Shown: in pieces, positions 38,316 to 51,007 of the stretch
How the letters are laid out: every line of letters begins with the position of its first letter
How positions within the stretch are numbered: position 1 is the first letter of the stretch
Source: Marsupella aquatica
Lineage: Eukaryota > Plantae > Marchantiophyta
Direction of reading: 5' to 3'
DNA length: 64,000 nt
Assembly (NCBI GenBank): GCA_973895155.1
Contig: OZ316896.1
Coordinates: 3,260,638-3,324,637 of the forward strand
Program-made: the position numbers and the translations under genes
Notes under the pieces: model-generated
Databases searched by the model: none
What the model was told of the DNA's origin: nothing
The model's input: only the letters and a program-made list of their open reading frames with translations

Positions 38316-38762
38316 TTTAAATTGCCAAACTAGATTCCATGAATGCCTCTATTTCCGGCATCTAGACAAATTAAACCCTCCACAAATCCTCCACTACTGA
38401 CAACAAGTACTACAATAGGTTGTCTCAAAATACGGATGGAACAAGTTACAAGTTGGCCGTAAGGACTGAGTTACGGGAACAACCATACAACTTTGGTCAT
38501 AAGGTCTGGTCAAAAGATGTTTTATGGGTAAACTGGTGTCCAGTAACTTTTCCTTAGTGCAAGTTTTCCTTACTGCCTCGCTTTGAGATGCCCTAGTAGT
38601 GGGTGCAATTTCAAGGTTGCACTAAAATTGATAAGGTGTACTATTTAAAAGTTCTGAAGGCATCCAATCGGAAGGTAAAAGAGCAGTGTAATATTTAATT
38701 TAACATTTTTCCTTATTATCCAGAGTAGCTACTAAATGTCAGGTGTGCAAAGGAGAAGAGGT

Positions 38763-39375
38763 AAACCAACTGACTTTGGTCAGTTGGCCAGAGGATGAGC
38801 TTAGAACCGACAGGTCCCAGGTTCAATACTCCCTCCACACGCAAGGGGTGTGGAGGGTATGTGTGTGTGTGGTGTAGTGGTGGGAGTATTGATTGTCTCC
38901 TCAGCCCCTGGCGGACTCTTTTGGGGTTCTGGTTTAATATTCTCTCCCCTCCTGGTCCTGCCCCTCTTGGATCACTGGGTATTGTCCCCTTGTGGGGTTC
39001 TGGTTTAATATTCTCTCACTCCTGGTCCTGGTCCCTGTTGGATCACTGGGTATTCACTGGGTATTGTCCCCTTGTGGGTACCCTATATAGAAATGCATGC
39101 TCCAAAGCAGGAAGTATATCCTCTCTTGGATGTCCCCTTGTGGGTACCCTATATAGAAATGCATGCTCCAAAGCAGGAAGTATATCCTCTCTTGGATGTC
39201 CCCTTGTGGGTACCCTATATAGAAATGCATGCTCCAAAGCAGGAAGTATATCCTCTCTTGGATGGGCCTGCTTTAAGTTTTCAAGGCAAAAAAACAACAA
39301 AAGAAAACAAGTAAGGTCTTCCCCTAGATTTGAGGAGGGCCATGATTGCATTGGGGCCAATGGAGCCTTTGACTA
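38763..39375 (+). mobile_element. tRNA-derived SINE with internal expansions
   Basis: Head AACCAACTGACTTTGGTCAGTTGG..GGTCCCAGGTTCAAT; body colinear with 44171-44615; internal 66-bp triplication. Confidence 0.7.
39065..39262. repeat. Perfect 3x 66-bp tandem repeat
   Basis: TGTCCCCTTGTGGGTACCCTATATAGAAATGCATGCTCCAAAGCAGGAAGTATATCCTCTCTTGGA repeated three times. Confidence 0.95.
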
Positions 39376-40405
39376 GGTGCATGGGAAAGTGGTGAATGGT
39401 ACATTAAAAAATAGAGAATCTTCGCAAGAAGGGCTGCTTCGGAAATTGCTTGCGGGAATCAAGACCTCCTTCGTTACGGCTGTCATGGATCCACGTTTCA
39501 CTCTTTATTGCCTACTAGGAATATTTCCACTGGGTAGTCGTTTCCAGGAAGAAAGAAAGAAGTCAAAGAAGTCAAAGAAGTCAAAGAACTGTACGCGTAC
39601 ATCCCAGTCAACTTGTTAAACTGTAGGAGAAACGAGGGCTGATCGAGGGGGGAGGGATCACCTGAGCCGAGATTGTCCGGACAGATTGGTTCTGAGTGTC
39701 TTTGACAGAGTGCCGTGATTCTCGAATCGATCATGCCGAAGGGAGTACTGAAATTGGTTGCCATTGTCTTTGACAGGATGCCGTGATTATGTCCATCTGA
39801 AATTGTTCTGGCCGGTGGTTTCATTGCTGGGACTGAGGAGTCGAGCAGTAGTTGGAGTCTGAGGATGTGACTGTTCCTGCTTCCGTAATTACTTCGTGTG
39901 AGATTTGTTCGTTCTGAGGCTACAGCAGTGTGATGGTGGATCGAGTGGAGAACTCAAGGCTAGCTACCAGCGAGCTTGCTAGCCATCGAGCCCTTTACTG
40001 CTTCCAATTTCTGTGATTAGGGAGATAGCTTCTCTGCAGGCTGCTGCGCTCCGCCTCCATCCAATCTCACTTGAAAGAGAATGGTGGTGATCTCTCTCGA
40101 CAGAAATCATTCAGACATCTGCCTCGGGGACAGTCTTCATGATTCTAGATAGCTGAATTTGTATGTCTGGCAGATTCATCGATGTGGAGTGGCGTGTGTG
40201 GGCGAATTGGGTTCGAATTGCTGGGGCCGCTAGTCTAATTCCCCTTGGTTTCGATTGACCATTGCATGTGTGAGGGAGCAGGTGCGACAGACACCTTTTT
40301 TGTACTTTCTTCCTTCTTTGATTATAGCAGCAGACGGGAGGTAGGCACCCAAAGCCAAGAGGACACCATAGACACGGTACACGCTCTGTACTTATCCAGC
40401 ACACC

Positions 40406-41905
40406 ATGGACTTGGACAGTTTTGAGAAGGCGATCCTGGTTGTAGGGTCTGATCAAGAATATAAAACATATGCCGCAAAGGCTCTCGCCCTGCACCCTAA
40501 ACCAGTATCTCAAACTTTGGGCGGGGAAATCTATGGCAGGAGTTTACGAGAGGCAAGCTCAGTTGTCAACACCACACCCTTGGAGATCAACAAAAAGACG
40601 AAATTCAGAGAGATCGTTGTGAACACCTCACCGTTCCCCGAACCGTTCCAGGAGGAGCAGGGAATTCATGATGTGCATGAACACATGAGAGAATTTGCAC
40701 CTTGGTGGATCCGCTGGAATAGCTTACAGGAGCTAGATGGCAAACAAATGGCTGTGGTATGTGTGATTAATGCAGCTCTGCCCGGCCAGTCCTCTGGAAC
40801 CCATTTGCCAGATTGGTTGGGTCTGCTGCGTTACATCTTCCATCCGGCCAGAGTACCGATTACGTTTCTAGTGTTCAAGCCTCACGGCAGCGCTGACACC
40901 ATGGAAAAGGAAAGAGCCCGGGAAATAGTACTACAGAACCTTGCAAAACAACGATTTCGAAATCTGAGCGATGTGATGCTGCAATATGGGGCACTAGGAG
41001 TTGGGGCCAAGCTGGAAATTCCTACGATGAGGTTTTTCGATTATTCCGAAGTGGTCCGATTGCATGGACCTTGGGCCCCTGTCAAAGTGATTTTGTTCGG
41101 GCGGACGGGCAGTGGGAAGTCGACTCTCGCTCAAATGCTTACCAAGGGAAGCCTTGATCCTGGGGCTGCAACATTTGCGGCCTCCTCAAGTGCGAGAGGG
41201 AAAACTGATCGAGTGGAGCATGGCTTTAATGCGAAGTGGTTAGTGGTTGATACGCCCGGTCTAGGAGAGTCTAGAGACGAACTTGCCACCATAGATACAA
41301 GCACTGCTGTGATGAAGATCTATCAAGACATCGAGAAAAATCACGGAGTTTTCACTCATTACATTTACGTGTGCAAGCAAGATCGCCACGATATGTTAGA
41401 AGAAGATACCTGGAACTTATTTCTGCGGCTTTTCGGTGAAAAGATCGCAAAAAATTTCACTGTAGTGATTACCGATTCAACCCCACAGTGGATAGAGAAG
41501 CACGTGGAGCAATTGCGGAAGCAGTTCAAACTCTGCAATCATTTTCTGAGCGTCCAATTTCCCCCAGTGGATGCGACAGACGAAGAGTTGGAGGAGGAGA
41601 ACCAGGAGGGGCGATTGACATCTCTCAGGGAGCTCGAGGACGCTTTTACGAAACAGAACCGAAATGAGGTATTTGGCAAATACGGAGGGACTTCGAAGAC
41701 GGCTCTGGGTATCGAAATAGCACATATCCGTAACGTTAAGAATTGCGAGACGACTTTCACAGGCAGAGCTGTAGCATCAACGGCCAAACGAGTGTTGAAA
41801 ATTAGTGGTTATGGACTGCAAGTTTGGCAAGACTTGCGAGAGGAATCTCATACCGAGAGAGCTCGTAAAGACATTCTGGGACAGGAGTCGAATTTTGATT
41901 ACTAA
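40406..41905 (+). CDS. AIG1/IAN-type GTPase with N-terminal pseudo-GTPase-like domain (499 aa)
   Basis: G1 VILFGRTGSGKS, G2 RGKT, G3 VVDTPG, YVCKQDRH, G4 FTVVITDS; paralogous to 26006-27445 over its full length. Confidence 0.9.
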   Translation: MDLDSFEKAILVVGSDQEYKTYAAKALALHPKPVSQTLGGEIYGRSLREASSVVNTTPLEINKKTKFREIVVNTSPFPEPFQEEQGIHDVHEHMREFAPWWIRWNSLQELDGKQMAVVCVINAALPGQSSGTHLPDWLGLLRYIFHPARVPITFLVFKPHGSADTMEKERAREIVLQNLAKQRFRNLSDVMLQYGALGVGAKLEIPTMRFFDYSEVVRLHGPWAPVKVILFGRTGSGKSTLAQMLTKGSLDPGAATFAASSSARGKTDRVEHGFNAKWLVVDTPGLGESRDELATIDTSTAVMKIYQDIEKNHGVFTHYIYVCKQDRHDMLEEDTWNLFLRLFGEKIAKNFTVVITDSTPQWIEKHVEQLRKQFKLCNHFLSVQFPPVDATDEELEEENQEGRLTSLRELEDAFTKQNRNEVFGKYGGTSKTALGIEIAHIRNVKNCETTFTGRAVASTAKRVLKISGYGLQVWQDLREESHTERARKDILGQESNFDY

Positions 41906-42299
41906 GCAAAGGCAACGGCGAGGTGGAATGAGAAGAACCAGGTCTGCCCCTCTTTCAGAAGACCATGTTTTGGTGGAGCAAGCGCACTAGGACTAGCACA
42001 TATCCTATCTTAGTAGTGCCAGGAAGTATCAGCATACTTAGGTTAGCACTTGAAATGCCTTACGTTAGCACTCTTGAATGCACTTCGTGAATTTTCTCTC
42101 TGTGCCTTTAAGGGGCATTTGTGTAGAACAATGCCAACTGAAGTGAAGATGTGATTTTTCTCTTTATAATTTTCGGGGCATTCTCCTCCAATTTTACTAA
42201 GAAGAAAAATCTCTTAGGCCTTTTATGATTTCACATGAGTAGAGGTCAAGATGTTTGTGACAGGGCTTTTCAAGAGTTTTTAGCCTCTTTTCGGGAATG

Positions 42300-42970
42300 C
42301 TCCACAACATATCATTCTGTAGAGCTACTTGAGGCAGGCTATGATCAGAGATGCCTTGATGGCAAGATCTATTGACACCAATTTCGCCTTTACTCTTGTC
42401 TGCAGTCAGCCAATAGTGAGGATCGTCCAGATTGAAGGGGGTCTGAAGGATGCCATGATTCTTAATACAAGCCCATACTCTGCCCTAACTTGGATTCTCT
42501 CAGTTGCCTTTGTTTGGTTTCTCTGATTACTAGTGCAAATCTCCAGGCGGATGCAACTCAATGGAGGGCTCCCTATACCCAGACTCAGTATGTCTGTCCC
42601 TGCTCAAAGTAGGCATAGTCTAAATATCAAAATTTGTTGCTACCAGAGAAATTACCAAGCCCTGTGTCTCAAACAAAGCATAGTCTAAATATCAACACTT
42701 GTTCATACCAGAAAAAAGGGCCTATGGCTTCCCTCTACTGATTAGGTCATGAAGGGTAGATGGTGGTTACGAATGATAGTTACCCAGATAGTAACTAAGG
42801 TGCTTTATAATTTCTTTACGTTTGTTTCTGGCTATCTCTTTTTGGTGCGAGTGGGCAAGGTGGTGGATGCCCCAGATATCACACGGAGATTCCCAATCAC
42901 TCAACTGGAATGTCTTTTCATGGAGATTCAAACCTGGAATGAAAGGCCACAATGTTTCATGATACGACAA
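42300..42970 (-). mobile_element. Highly decayed LINE RT remnant
   Basis: GLNLHEK followed by a frameshifted V*YLGHP, resembling the end of the L1-type RT domain. Confidence 0.3.
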
Positions 42971-44170
42971 ATGATTGTAGATTAATTATATGTGCATAAT
43001 TATAGTAAAGTTCCCTTTCTCAGTTACGAATCACAGCTTCTAAGTAAGTTCACATTCAAGAGAAACTAGATCCGACTGTTGAAAATAATGTTCCTAGTGA
43101 CTGTCTTGCCTATTATCACTAATGTGACTATGTTTGGATTTCTTTCATACTCAGTTTATCGTAAATCTAAAGTAGATCTATTGTTCTTTGCTTGACTTAT
43201 TTGATCACAAAACCAATTGAATAATGTCAGACTTGCTCATTAAGCCTAAACTGCGATTTTCCTATACTCAAGAAGAATCTGAACTCACATCTTCTCATTC
43301 CAGCCCTCCCCAAAAAAACGCTTCTCCAATACTTAGCTGCCAAGACGGACTTCTAAAAGGAATTTGTGCTGTATGTGATCACAAAACTCACTCCTTCACA
43401 CCTCCTTCAGCTAAAACTGAAATTCTTCTATATATATACTCAAGAAGAAACTGAATCCATAATCTCCTCTAATCCCCATTCTATTCAAGGGCCACCAGCA
43501 CAGTAATTTCTCCAAAATAACACTCAACTGACAAACACAATTGAAGGATAAACAAGTACTCTACCTTGGTGACTGGTATGTCAATAGTTCTCTTCCACTC
43601 CAATGCACGGGAACACTTGGTGTGCTCAGTCCACCGTAGGCAACAGGGATGTTCTCTCCACTAACTAATTAATCTGCAGTCCAGAAAAAACAAATGAGCT
43701 TATGCAGTGCTAGCCCGTGAGTAGGTGATTTATCTTTGAACGTCAAAGAACCAGGCAAAGGACGAGTACAAATTTGGCTCCCTAGGTTGGTGATAGGAAA
43801 ATGCTATTTTTCTACTTAGGGTGTAATGAGAGAGCATGCTCTTTGTCCGGGCATGAATAGACACCTGAAAACTAGCTCAAGTGTCAGTTGCATCATTCTT
43901 GGCAGCAATAATTGGTTCCAATGACAAAGTCATCATCACCTACTGTTGTCATGATTCACAGAAACTTACTAGAGCTCCACTCTTGAGATCAACCTCCTCA
44001 TCAACTGCCAGAAGGACGCGTTGTGCAAATGTGGTCCAACTGAGTGAGAAATGACATTGTTGAAACTGAGTCTGCTTTGTATTATTTAGTTTCAATTTTT
44101 AATGAAGACATGGTTGTGGACAATTTGAGTAAAGACATGTCCAAGCATGTCTTTGAGATGGGCAGCATTC

Positions 44171-44615
44171 AAACCAACTGGCTTAGGTCAGTTGGCTAGG
44201 GGATGAGCCTGGAACTAAAAGGTCCCACTTCAATTCCCCCTCCAGACATAGGGTTGTGGAGGGTATATGTCTATGGGTGGGATGGGTTTTGAGAGTAGTG
44301 GATCATGGGAGTTCGGATTATCTACTCGGTCCCTGGTTGTCCACTTTGTGGCCCTGGTTTAATCGTCTCTCTCTCCTAGTGCGGGTTCCCTTTGCATCCA
44401 TGAGAGCTCACCCTGGTATGGGTTCCCTACAAAGAAAGTGTCACTATTGGGGTGGGGAGTGTTCTTCCCCATTTTGGTTAAAGACAAAAACAAGGGTGGC
44501 ATGGGATGGTGAGCTCTGCTGCAGCGCCTGCAACCAGAGCAATTGCAACCTCGATGGGCATTTTGGGTTCTTGAGATTGTGCCAGGTTGCATTAGGGAGC
44601 ATTGAGCTTAGTTTT
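44171..44615 (+). mobile_element. tRNA-derived SINE
   Basis: Head AAACCAACTGGCTTAGGTCAGTTGGCTAGGGGATGAGCCTGGAACT..GGTCCC; body homologous to the 38763 copy. Confidence 0.7.
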
Positions 44616-46726
44616 GTCAGGCCAGTATGTGTTTCGTTTAGTTGCCAAAAGTAAGTCCTCCCTCTTTAATAAGATTCTCCTATACTTTCACTTAAATTAG
44701 TGAAAATAAAAATATATGAGCGCTTTAATTGTATTACTGTCCAGAGCACCATGGCCAATAATAGCCCCTCAAAACTAGTGAATTAGCCCTCGTTTTTGGG
44801 GTCGTGGGATATTGACTGTAAAGCTGGTTCTTGCAAAGAAAGGTTTCAGTGGTTGAGTATTTGATGGTATGAACATATATTTGTGAATTGATTAATATGG
44901 CCGGGGATCGAAATGATGTTATTTGTTCGAATATAATGGAAAGATAGCGTCGCGCACACATTCATTGCTTACTTTCAATCCCTTGCTGGTTGAGTCACTA
45001 GCAAGTTCCGATTAGTTTCTGACGACGTTTTAATTCACGTCTAAGTTATATGCAGATGTTCTTTGTTTGGGTTAAAACGTTAAGCACTTGTTAATTCAAC
45101 CCTAATTCAAAAAATCAGGGGATAAATACAGTCTTAAAACTAAGCTGGTGAAACTATATATACTTTCCAAATAACTCGAAGGCTTGCCTTTCTCACACTC
45201 AATAACATTCTCTAGAAACGGGTTTTGCTAGACTTGATACTGTTTCTATTGGTTTTCTTAAGTCCAAGATCCGGAATTCTTGAAGCCTTTTCGATTCTGA
45301 GTTTGACTTGGTCAACCAATGTTCACAGCTCGCCAATCTCGAGACTCGTCCCAGATGGCGTTTCTAAAGTTTTATTAGTAGTTTCGGATCGACAGTCACC
45401 GTATTCCGTCCTGCTCATCTCGTGACAACAGATTTCGGATTGGATTTAGGACAAACTTGATCGACTGAAATTGGTGGCTCGAAGATCTATTACATTGTCT
45501 CCCGAGAAGAAATTCTGAGCAAAGAAATAATGTTTGCCTTGATAAATGGTTAGTACAAATTTTCAATTAAATGCTAACACAGGTTGGGTCACTGTACTAC
45601 GAACGTATTGAAGATTGAGTTGCTCGATAATGCTACGCTATGCAAGCTACCGCAGCCTGAGTGATCAAGGAGTTTGCCATCTGGACCTTCTAAACCTCTA
45701 CTGCTGCTACATTTATAGCTACAGTGAAGGAACAGAACTAAACCCTTATATTGTGTTCTATCTAGAGAACCCGCTTCCTCTTCTCACCGCTAAGATTATG
45801 AAGTCAGTGGATGTAAAGAGTCAATGGCTCGAGATCAGAGAAACATATTCAGTTGTTGTAGTGTTGACGCCTTCATATCCGTCTAAGGCCAACTCAACTT
45901 CTTGCTTCGAATATGGGCCCTGGTCTAATGGACTTCGTAGGTAGTGCTGTATTTTCCAGATTACACAATAACTCGTCAGGCACATGAACTGTAGTCATCA
46001 TCACCACTGTCAAGTTGCGTGAGACGTCCCAGTTGAACGGGACCATTAACCGGATAGGCTAACGTGAACTCGGAATCCAATCGACGCAAACAAATATGAC
46101 AAGTGAGCTCAGCGTAGATTGAGACAATGGAATCAGCTCTAGCGCTTTATTGACGAGTTCAACACATATATTGATAGCTGTAGAGAATCCAAGAGCTAGA
46201 GGCCATTTCTATGTACTTCTACACCGGAATTCGCGTGCAGTCTATCAATCAGTACTAATCGTCCAGTCATTGTCCCTGGCGACCGTGAATAGACGAGATT
46301 ATTGTCTACTGTTATATACAATTTTTCTTCTAGTCAATCAACGATTCATTGACAAAGAGCAACCGGATTCTTAGGTATCGTTATTCATAAGTATTAGGCG
46401 ATCAACTCATCTACTGTATAAATACAAAAAATTATATATCTGGTCTAGTGGGATAATTGGGACTGGCTTATCCACTAATAATCAAATAGCTTTCATTGTC
46501 ATGTGGCCAAAAAGCAGGAAATGATCCGAATCGTTCCCTCCTTCAGGTTTCGACATTGCTAGCTGTCCATCTTGGCATTCGTCCCGTGACCGTTTATTGG
46601 TATTGTACCAGCCTTATTTTGACTGCTTCATCGACGCGACATAGCTCCGACTTGATCCAATCTTTTCCTGCTGGGTACATCGTAATCTATGACGCCTCGC
46701 TGCAGCTTGGACTGCATCCTGTAAGA

Positions 46727-47143
46727 CTATGCAGCATACTGGCACAGGCCAAAGCTGCACAGGTCCTTCGATGGGCACTTGTTGCCGCAAACTCCACAGT
46801 TGTTGGGGTCGTTGATCAAATTCGCGCACTTACCTGTGCAGCAAATTGAACCGAGAGGGCAACTATTCCCGCAGCTTCCGCAGTTAAACATGTCGGTCGT
46901 GGTGTTAGTGCAAATGGATGCACCTGGGAGAAATCCAGTGTTTGGAAGTTTGCAGCAGGAGAGACCAGTTAGGCATGGAACAAGGCAGTTAGTGGACGGT
47001 GCAGCTGCCACACCAATCGAGGATGCCTCCTGCCCAGCCAGTCGGCGCCGCACAAACGACGATTCGCCGCACACGCCATCTATGACCACGCCTGCCGCAA
47101 TAGCCACGAGCAGGAGAGATAGCAGCGTCCCACGGTAGGCCAT
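46727..47143 (-). CDS. STIG1-like cysteine-rich secreted protein (138 aa), paralog of 5583-5990
   Basis: Near-identical signal peptide MAYRGTLLSLLLVA; DMFNCGSCGNSC, DPNNCGVCGNKC, CSFGLCQYAA. Confidence 0.9.
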   Translation of the reverse strand: MAYRGTLLSLLLVAIAAGVVIDGVCGESSFVRRRLAGQEASSIGVAAAPSTNCLVPCLTGLSCCKLPNTGFLPGASICTNTTTDMFNCGSCGNSCPLGSICCTGKCANLINDPNNCGVCGNKCPSKDLCSFGLCQYAA

Positions 47144-48579
47144 CGGATGATCGATTGGACGGAGCTACCGAGCAGCGAGATCGAGGAGTATGTCGAAGAG
47201 AACTGGCTGCCGGGCTGCTGGCACGGAAGCTGACCGAAGAGTGCAGACGATAATGAAGTGCTCAAGCTCGATGTACAGTGGCGATGCTCCAGTAAATCCT
47301 TGGTAATATTGAAGTACTGATATATATAGAGTGCTGCGGCTACTGGGAGTCAGGTTGTGATCGATGAGGTTCTCTCTGGAACTGCTGCCTCTTTTAAACA
47401 TTCCCTGGACCATGCCCGAGAAGCTTACACTCGCTCTCTACATTAGCGAGAGTCGAAAATCTACGTGATTTCTGGTACGAATGCCATGATCGAGTCCGTG
47501 GATGCTTTTCAGAACATTCGAGTACGACTTGCCACGATCATCATCTCAACATTCGCCTGGCTTAATTTCCTGATATTTCGGGAGTCAACTTTTCTGCCTA
47601 CAACAAAGGAACGAATGCACGTACTCGGGAGCGGCCTCGAGAAATGCTTTGCTTCATAAATGGCAGGCGATGAATGAGAAATTTTGAGAGTGTCCACATG
47701 ATTGATTTCTCGACGCTCGGTGGACTTTTCGGGTAAATCGTAACTTCATCTTATGTTCCGTGCGTAACAAATGTTTTGTTTCCTTGCCCGATTCTTGTTG
47801 AAATATAGTTTCCCCATTTCGTCGAGGGAATGCGGCTAACGTTATTGGCTAAATCAAAGGAAAGCGGTCATTCATTTAAGATTCACTTTAGCTCACTATC
47901 ATCCTTTTGCAACGACGTGGTCTAAGGATGCTGCGTGATAGAAAGAACGCATTCATAAGGTCGAAAGTAACTTCTCTCAATTCTCCGGGAATTAAATGTG
48001 CATCGGCCTGAACGGCCCGCAAGATTTTAGTTCAGTTTGCTTTGCTCTTTGACAGACAGGAACGAGCTGATCGAATGATGGAACGAAGCAACAATCTGCG
48101 ATTACGGTCTGGGAAGGTACAACTTTTCGTTTGGAAAGTTTTAGGAAGTCATCGGTGACGTTGAAGAAGCATGTGTGATCTGATCGTGGGACGTCGTTAC
48201 CTATGTACATCTTGAACGAGAACATCTCATGCTAGTCTGTGAAACTAAACAATTGTGGACATTTAGGTGGGGTGAGTAGTACAGCCTCACTCCTATATGA
48301 CTTTTACGGCTGTTGAATGTAGTTCGATCAGGGAGAAGGACTATTTCAGGGTCTCTGCAAAACGGCCCTACTTGGGAACGACGCTTGGTGCGACCCTCGA
48401 GCTCGAGCCACCAGCTGACGATGATGTGGCCAAAAAAGAGCCGCACGCGAGAGCAGTGTAGTCCAATTGAATCTCCGCAGATCCCTGTCCGCCATGATTC
48501 CTGTCCGTCGTCCAGTTCATGGAAGTGCCTCCAATTAGGTCAGTGAAATTTCCTTGCACTGTGACCGAGACAGTACTCC

Positions 48580-49010
48580 AAGTCTAGGAAACCTGGTGAT
48601 CGACTTGTTCCCTGACAGGAATCTGTTCTCCAAGTCTAGGAATGATCACAGAACCTTGCATCACTTGTTCTCTGACAAAGTGGTATGGTACGTCGATATG
48701 TTTGGTCTTGCAGTGATGAGTTGGATTGATTGTGAGGGAGATCGATCGCTGGCTTGTTATTCCCACAGATCTATACCTTGTGAACATCTAGTACATTCCA
48801 GCCGAGAATTCCAAGACACTGGACCATTAATTAGAAAGTTTGAACATGTATCCACTTGTAGATTTGCCGTCACTGATATACGTTGTCAGCATAGGAAGAG
48901 TCAGAATACCCAATGAAATGAACTTCAAGACCTGCAATCGAGGTTGGACGCAAACATATGCCAAGGAAGATTGTACCTGGATTGTGAGCAAATTGTCCAA
49001 GTCGGGAACA
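48580..49010 (-). mobile_element. Copia RNase H remnant related to the 31556-36580 element
   Basis: CSRLGQFAHNP, GYSDSSYADN, KSTSGYMFKL, NPTHHCKTKHIDVPYHFVREQV in broken frames. Confidence 0.8.
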
Positions 49011-49019
49011 CTTGAAGAT

Positions 49020-49350
49020 GGGAAACTTGAAGTAAACTGGAGAAGTTTTTTGACGAGAGCAAACACAGAAAGATTGAAGTTCTCGAGAAAAGACGGACAG
49101 GAGACACTCCAGAGAGAACTCATAGTATAATGATGAGAGCACGCTGAAGTGTGAGTTCAAGGTACAATAGTTGACAATGCATGAGAGAGTGACCGCTTGA
49201 GTTGGACTAAATGAAAGCCCGCTAAAAACTCTTGAAAGACTAATCGTTTATGAGTTTCCGCGACGACCGTTCGCAGGACTATTCGACGAAACTCACTCCC
49301 TTTGCCAGCGTTGTTCGAAGACCATTCCTTCCCCAAACTTTACCGAAATG
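49020..49350. repeat. Direct duplication with ~51760-52105
   Basis: Shared GACGAGAGCAAAC..AGAAAGATTGAA and GCAGGACTATTCGACGAAA..CCATTCCTTCCCCAAACTTTACC. Confidence 0.8.
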
Positions 49351-49501
49351 CCTTGGGACGGTTTGGCGAGCAGTACAGCAAATCTATTAGTTTGGGAATT
49401 ATTATTATAGATGTAAAAAGGCTTAGGTCCATCTTGCATCAAGATCGATCGCTCCATCAGGCATCAAGACTGACTCTGTAGGCAAATGAATCCAACTTGG
49501 A

Positions 49502-50671
49502 ATGACGTCCAAACTTGAGGGAAACTCTCAACGTCTTCTTCCAGCGATCCTTGATCGATGATATAGGTTTGAACAAGGTTATCCCGAAGCTGCAGTGGAG
49601 AGACCTGTATGCCCGGTCGGCAGTGGCTTCAACCTGGTGCCTGGTAATTCTAAGCCGTCAAGCCTACAATTTAAGAGTGCTTCACCATTCTAAAGAGACG
49701 TCTGTTCTCGTCAGATGTGAAGATAATGATGCTCTCTATTCGATGAGAGATATCATGTCGTCCACTTCCTCTTATCCAACATTGCCAGTCAACTGTTCCC
49801 AACTTGTAGATGCGTGCCATTGGAGGGGAAAATATACATCTTGGGAGGATTGAATTGGGGGACCCTGAGGTCAGTCGTAAGGTCAGGTGTACGTATGTTT
49901 CGGACCTCGTTGAGCAAGGGCAATGGCCTGGACACGGTGTGCAGATATGATATATGCAGGCCAAAGAGGATTCTGCCTGTAGTGTCATGGACGGCAAGAT
50001 TTTCGTACTTGGAGGAGTTGATAGGACCGTCGCTGTGGATCACAGGTTTATAACTCCAATGAAGACACTTGGGCTCCGATTAGTCCACCGCCAGCATGCA
50101 TGGGTTGTTTCTGATCAAGTTGAAGTTGTTGGAAATGAGTTTTGCATACCACACCTGTAGTGAAATCGCTTCTAGTCTATGATGATAAATAATGATGATT
50201 AAGTCGTTTTCAATCTTGATGAAGTTTTCGACGTTTATAACCCCACCCAGGGACTACTGGAGGAGAGAGAGTCAGTTCCCTGTCAAGTCGAAACCAGTTG
50301 TTTGTCATGGCAAACGGTAAACTCCATCCGATGCGTGATGCGAGTACCCATCGTATAGAAGTCCAGAATGCTGATAAACACTCATGGTCACATTTGCATT
50401 CATCCATATTAACATCGGGGGGACCAATTGACTCGACCGTGTTGCTGTATTGGAAGTGAAGGATGAGTTGTTAGCTGTAGTGGCCTGGTGGACCAGATGG
50501 GCTGCCCGGAGGGCTGGTAATATCAACGGATATTGTCTTGCTCTAAGTGAAGGCTTCCGTAGTAAAACCGAAGCCATCCGGTGGCAGAAAGCACTTGAGC
50601 TGGATTGTCCCTTCGGAGGGAGATGGATCGAGATCTTCCCCAGATTTTCCATATATCCCATTCAGTTCTGA
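49502..50671 (+). pseudogene. F-box/kelch pseudogene, copy of 61182-62450
   Basis: Colinear high similarity with several frameshifts and stops (LNKVIPKLQWRDLY, EGKIYILGG, DGKIFVLGGVD, IFPRFS). Confidence 0.9.
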
Positions 50672-51007
50672 GAGCATTTGGAGGTTGAGTTGTGTTTGAG
50701 TTAAGGATTCAGTTCAATGCACGTTCTCCAAAACTATGTCCGGATACAGTATGATCTGTCTTATTGAGAGCTTTGACGGATCAATGATGCATTAATTTTG
50801 CGGCTCTGGGAGACCAGCCGAAAACTTCAGTCAGTTGTTTGGGACGAGGTTTGTTTGGGACGAGGTGGAGCCTGCATTGATGACGAGCTTGGCACAGAAG
50901 TCGTAGCTAGCTTCGATCCTTTCAAAATCATTGGCATGGTGGGCACCGGCGCAAGATTGTAATCGTCTTTGAAATGATGGTCCTCCCGTTCATTTTTTTC
51001 TACCATA

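Noticed and set aside
39065-39262. Repeat-protein ORF 38795-39376
   Set aside because: Open only because the 66-bp unit is a multiple of 3; it lies inside a SINE
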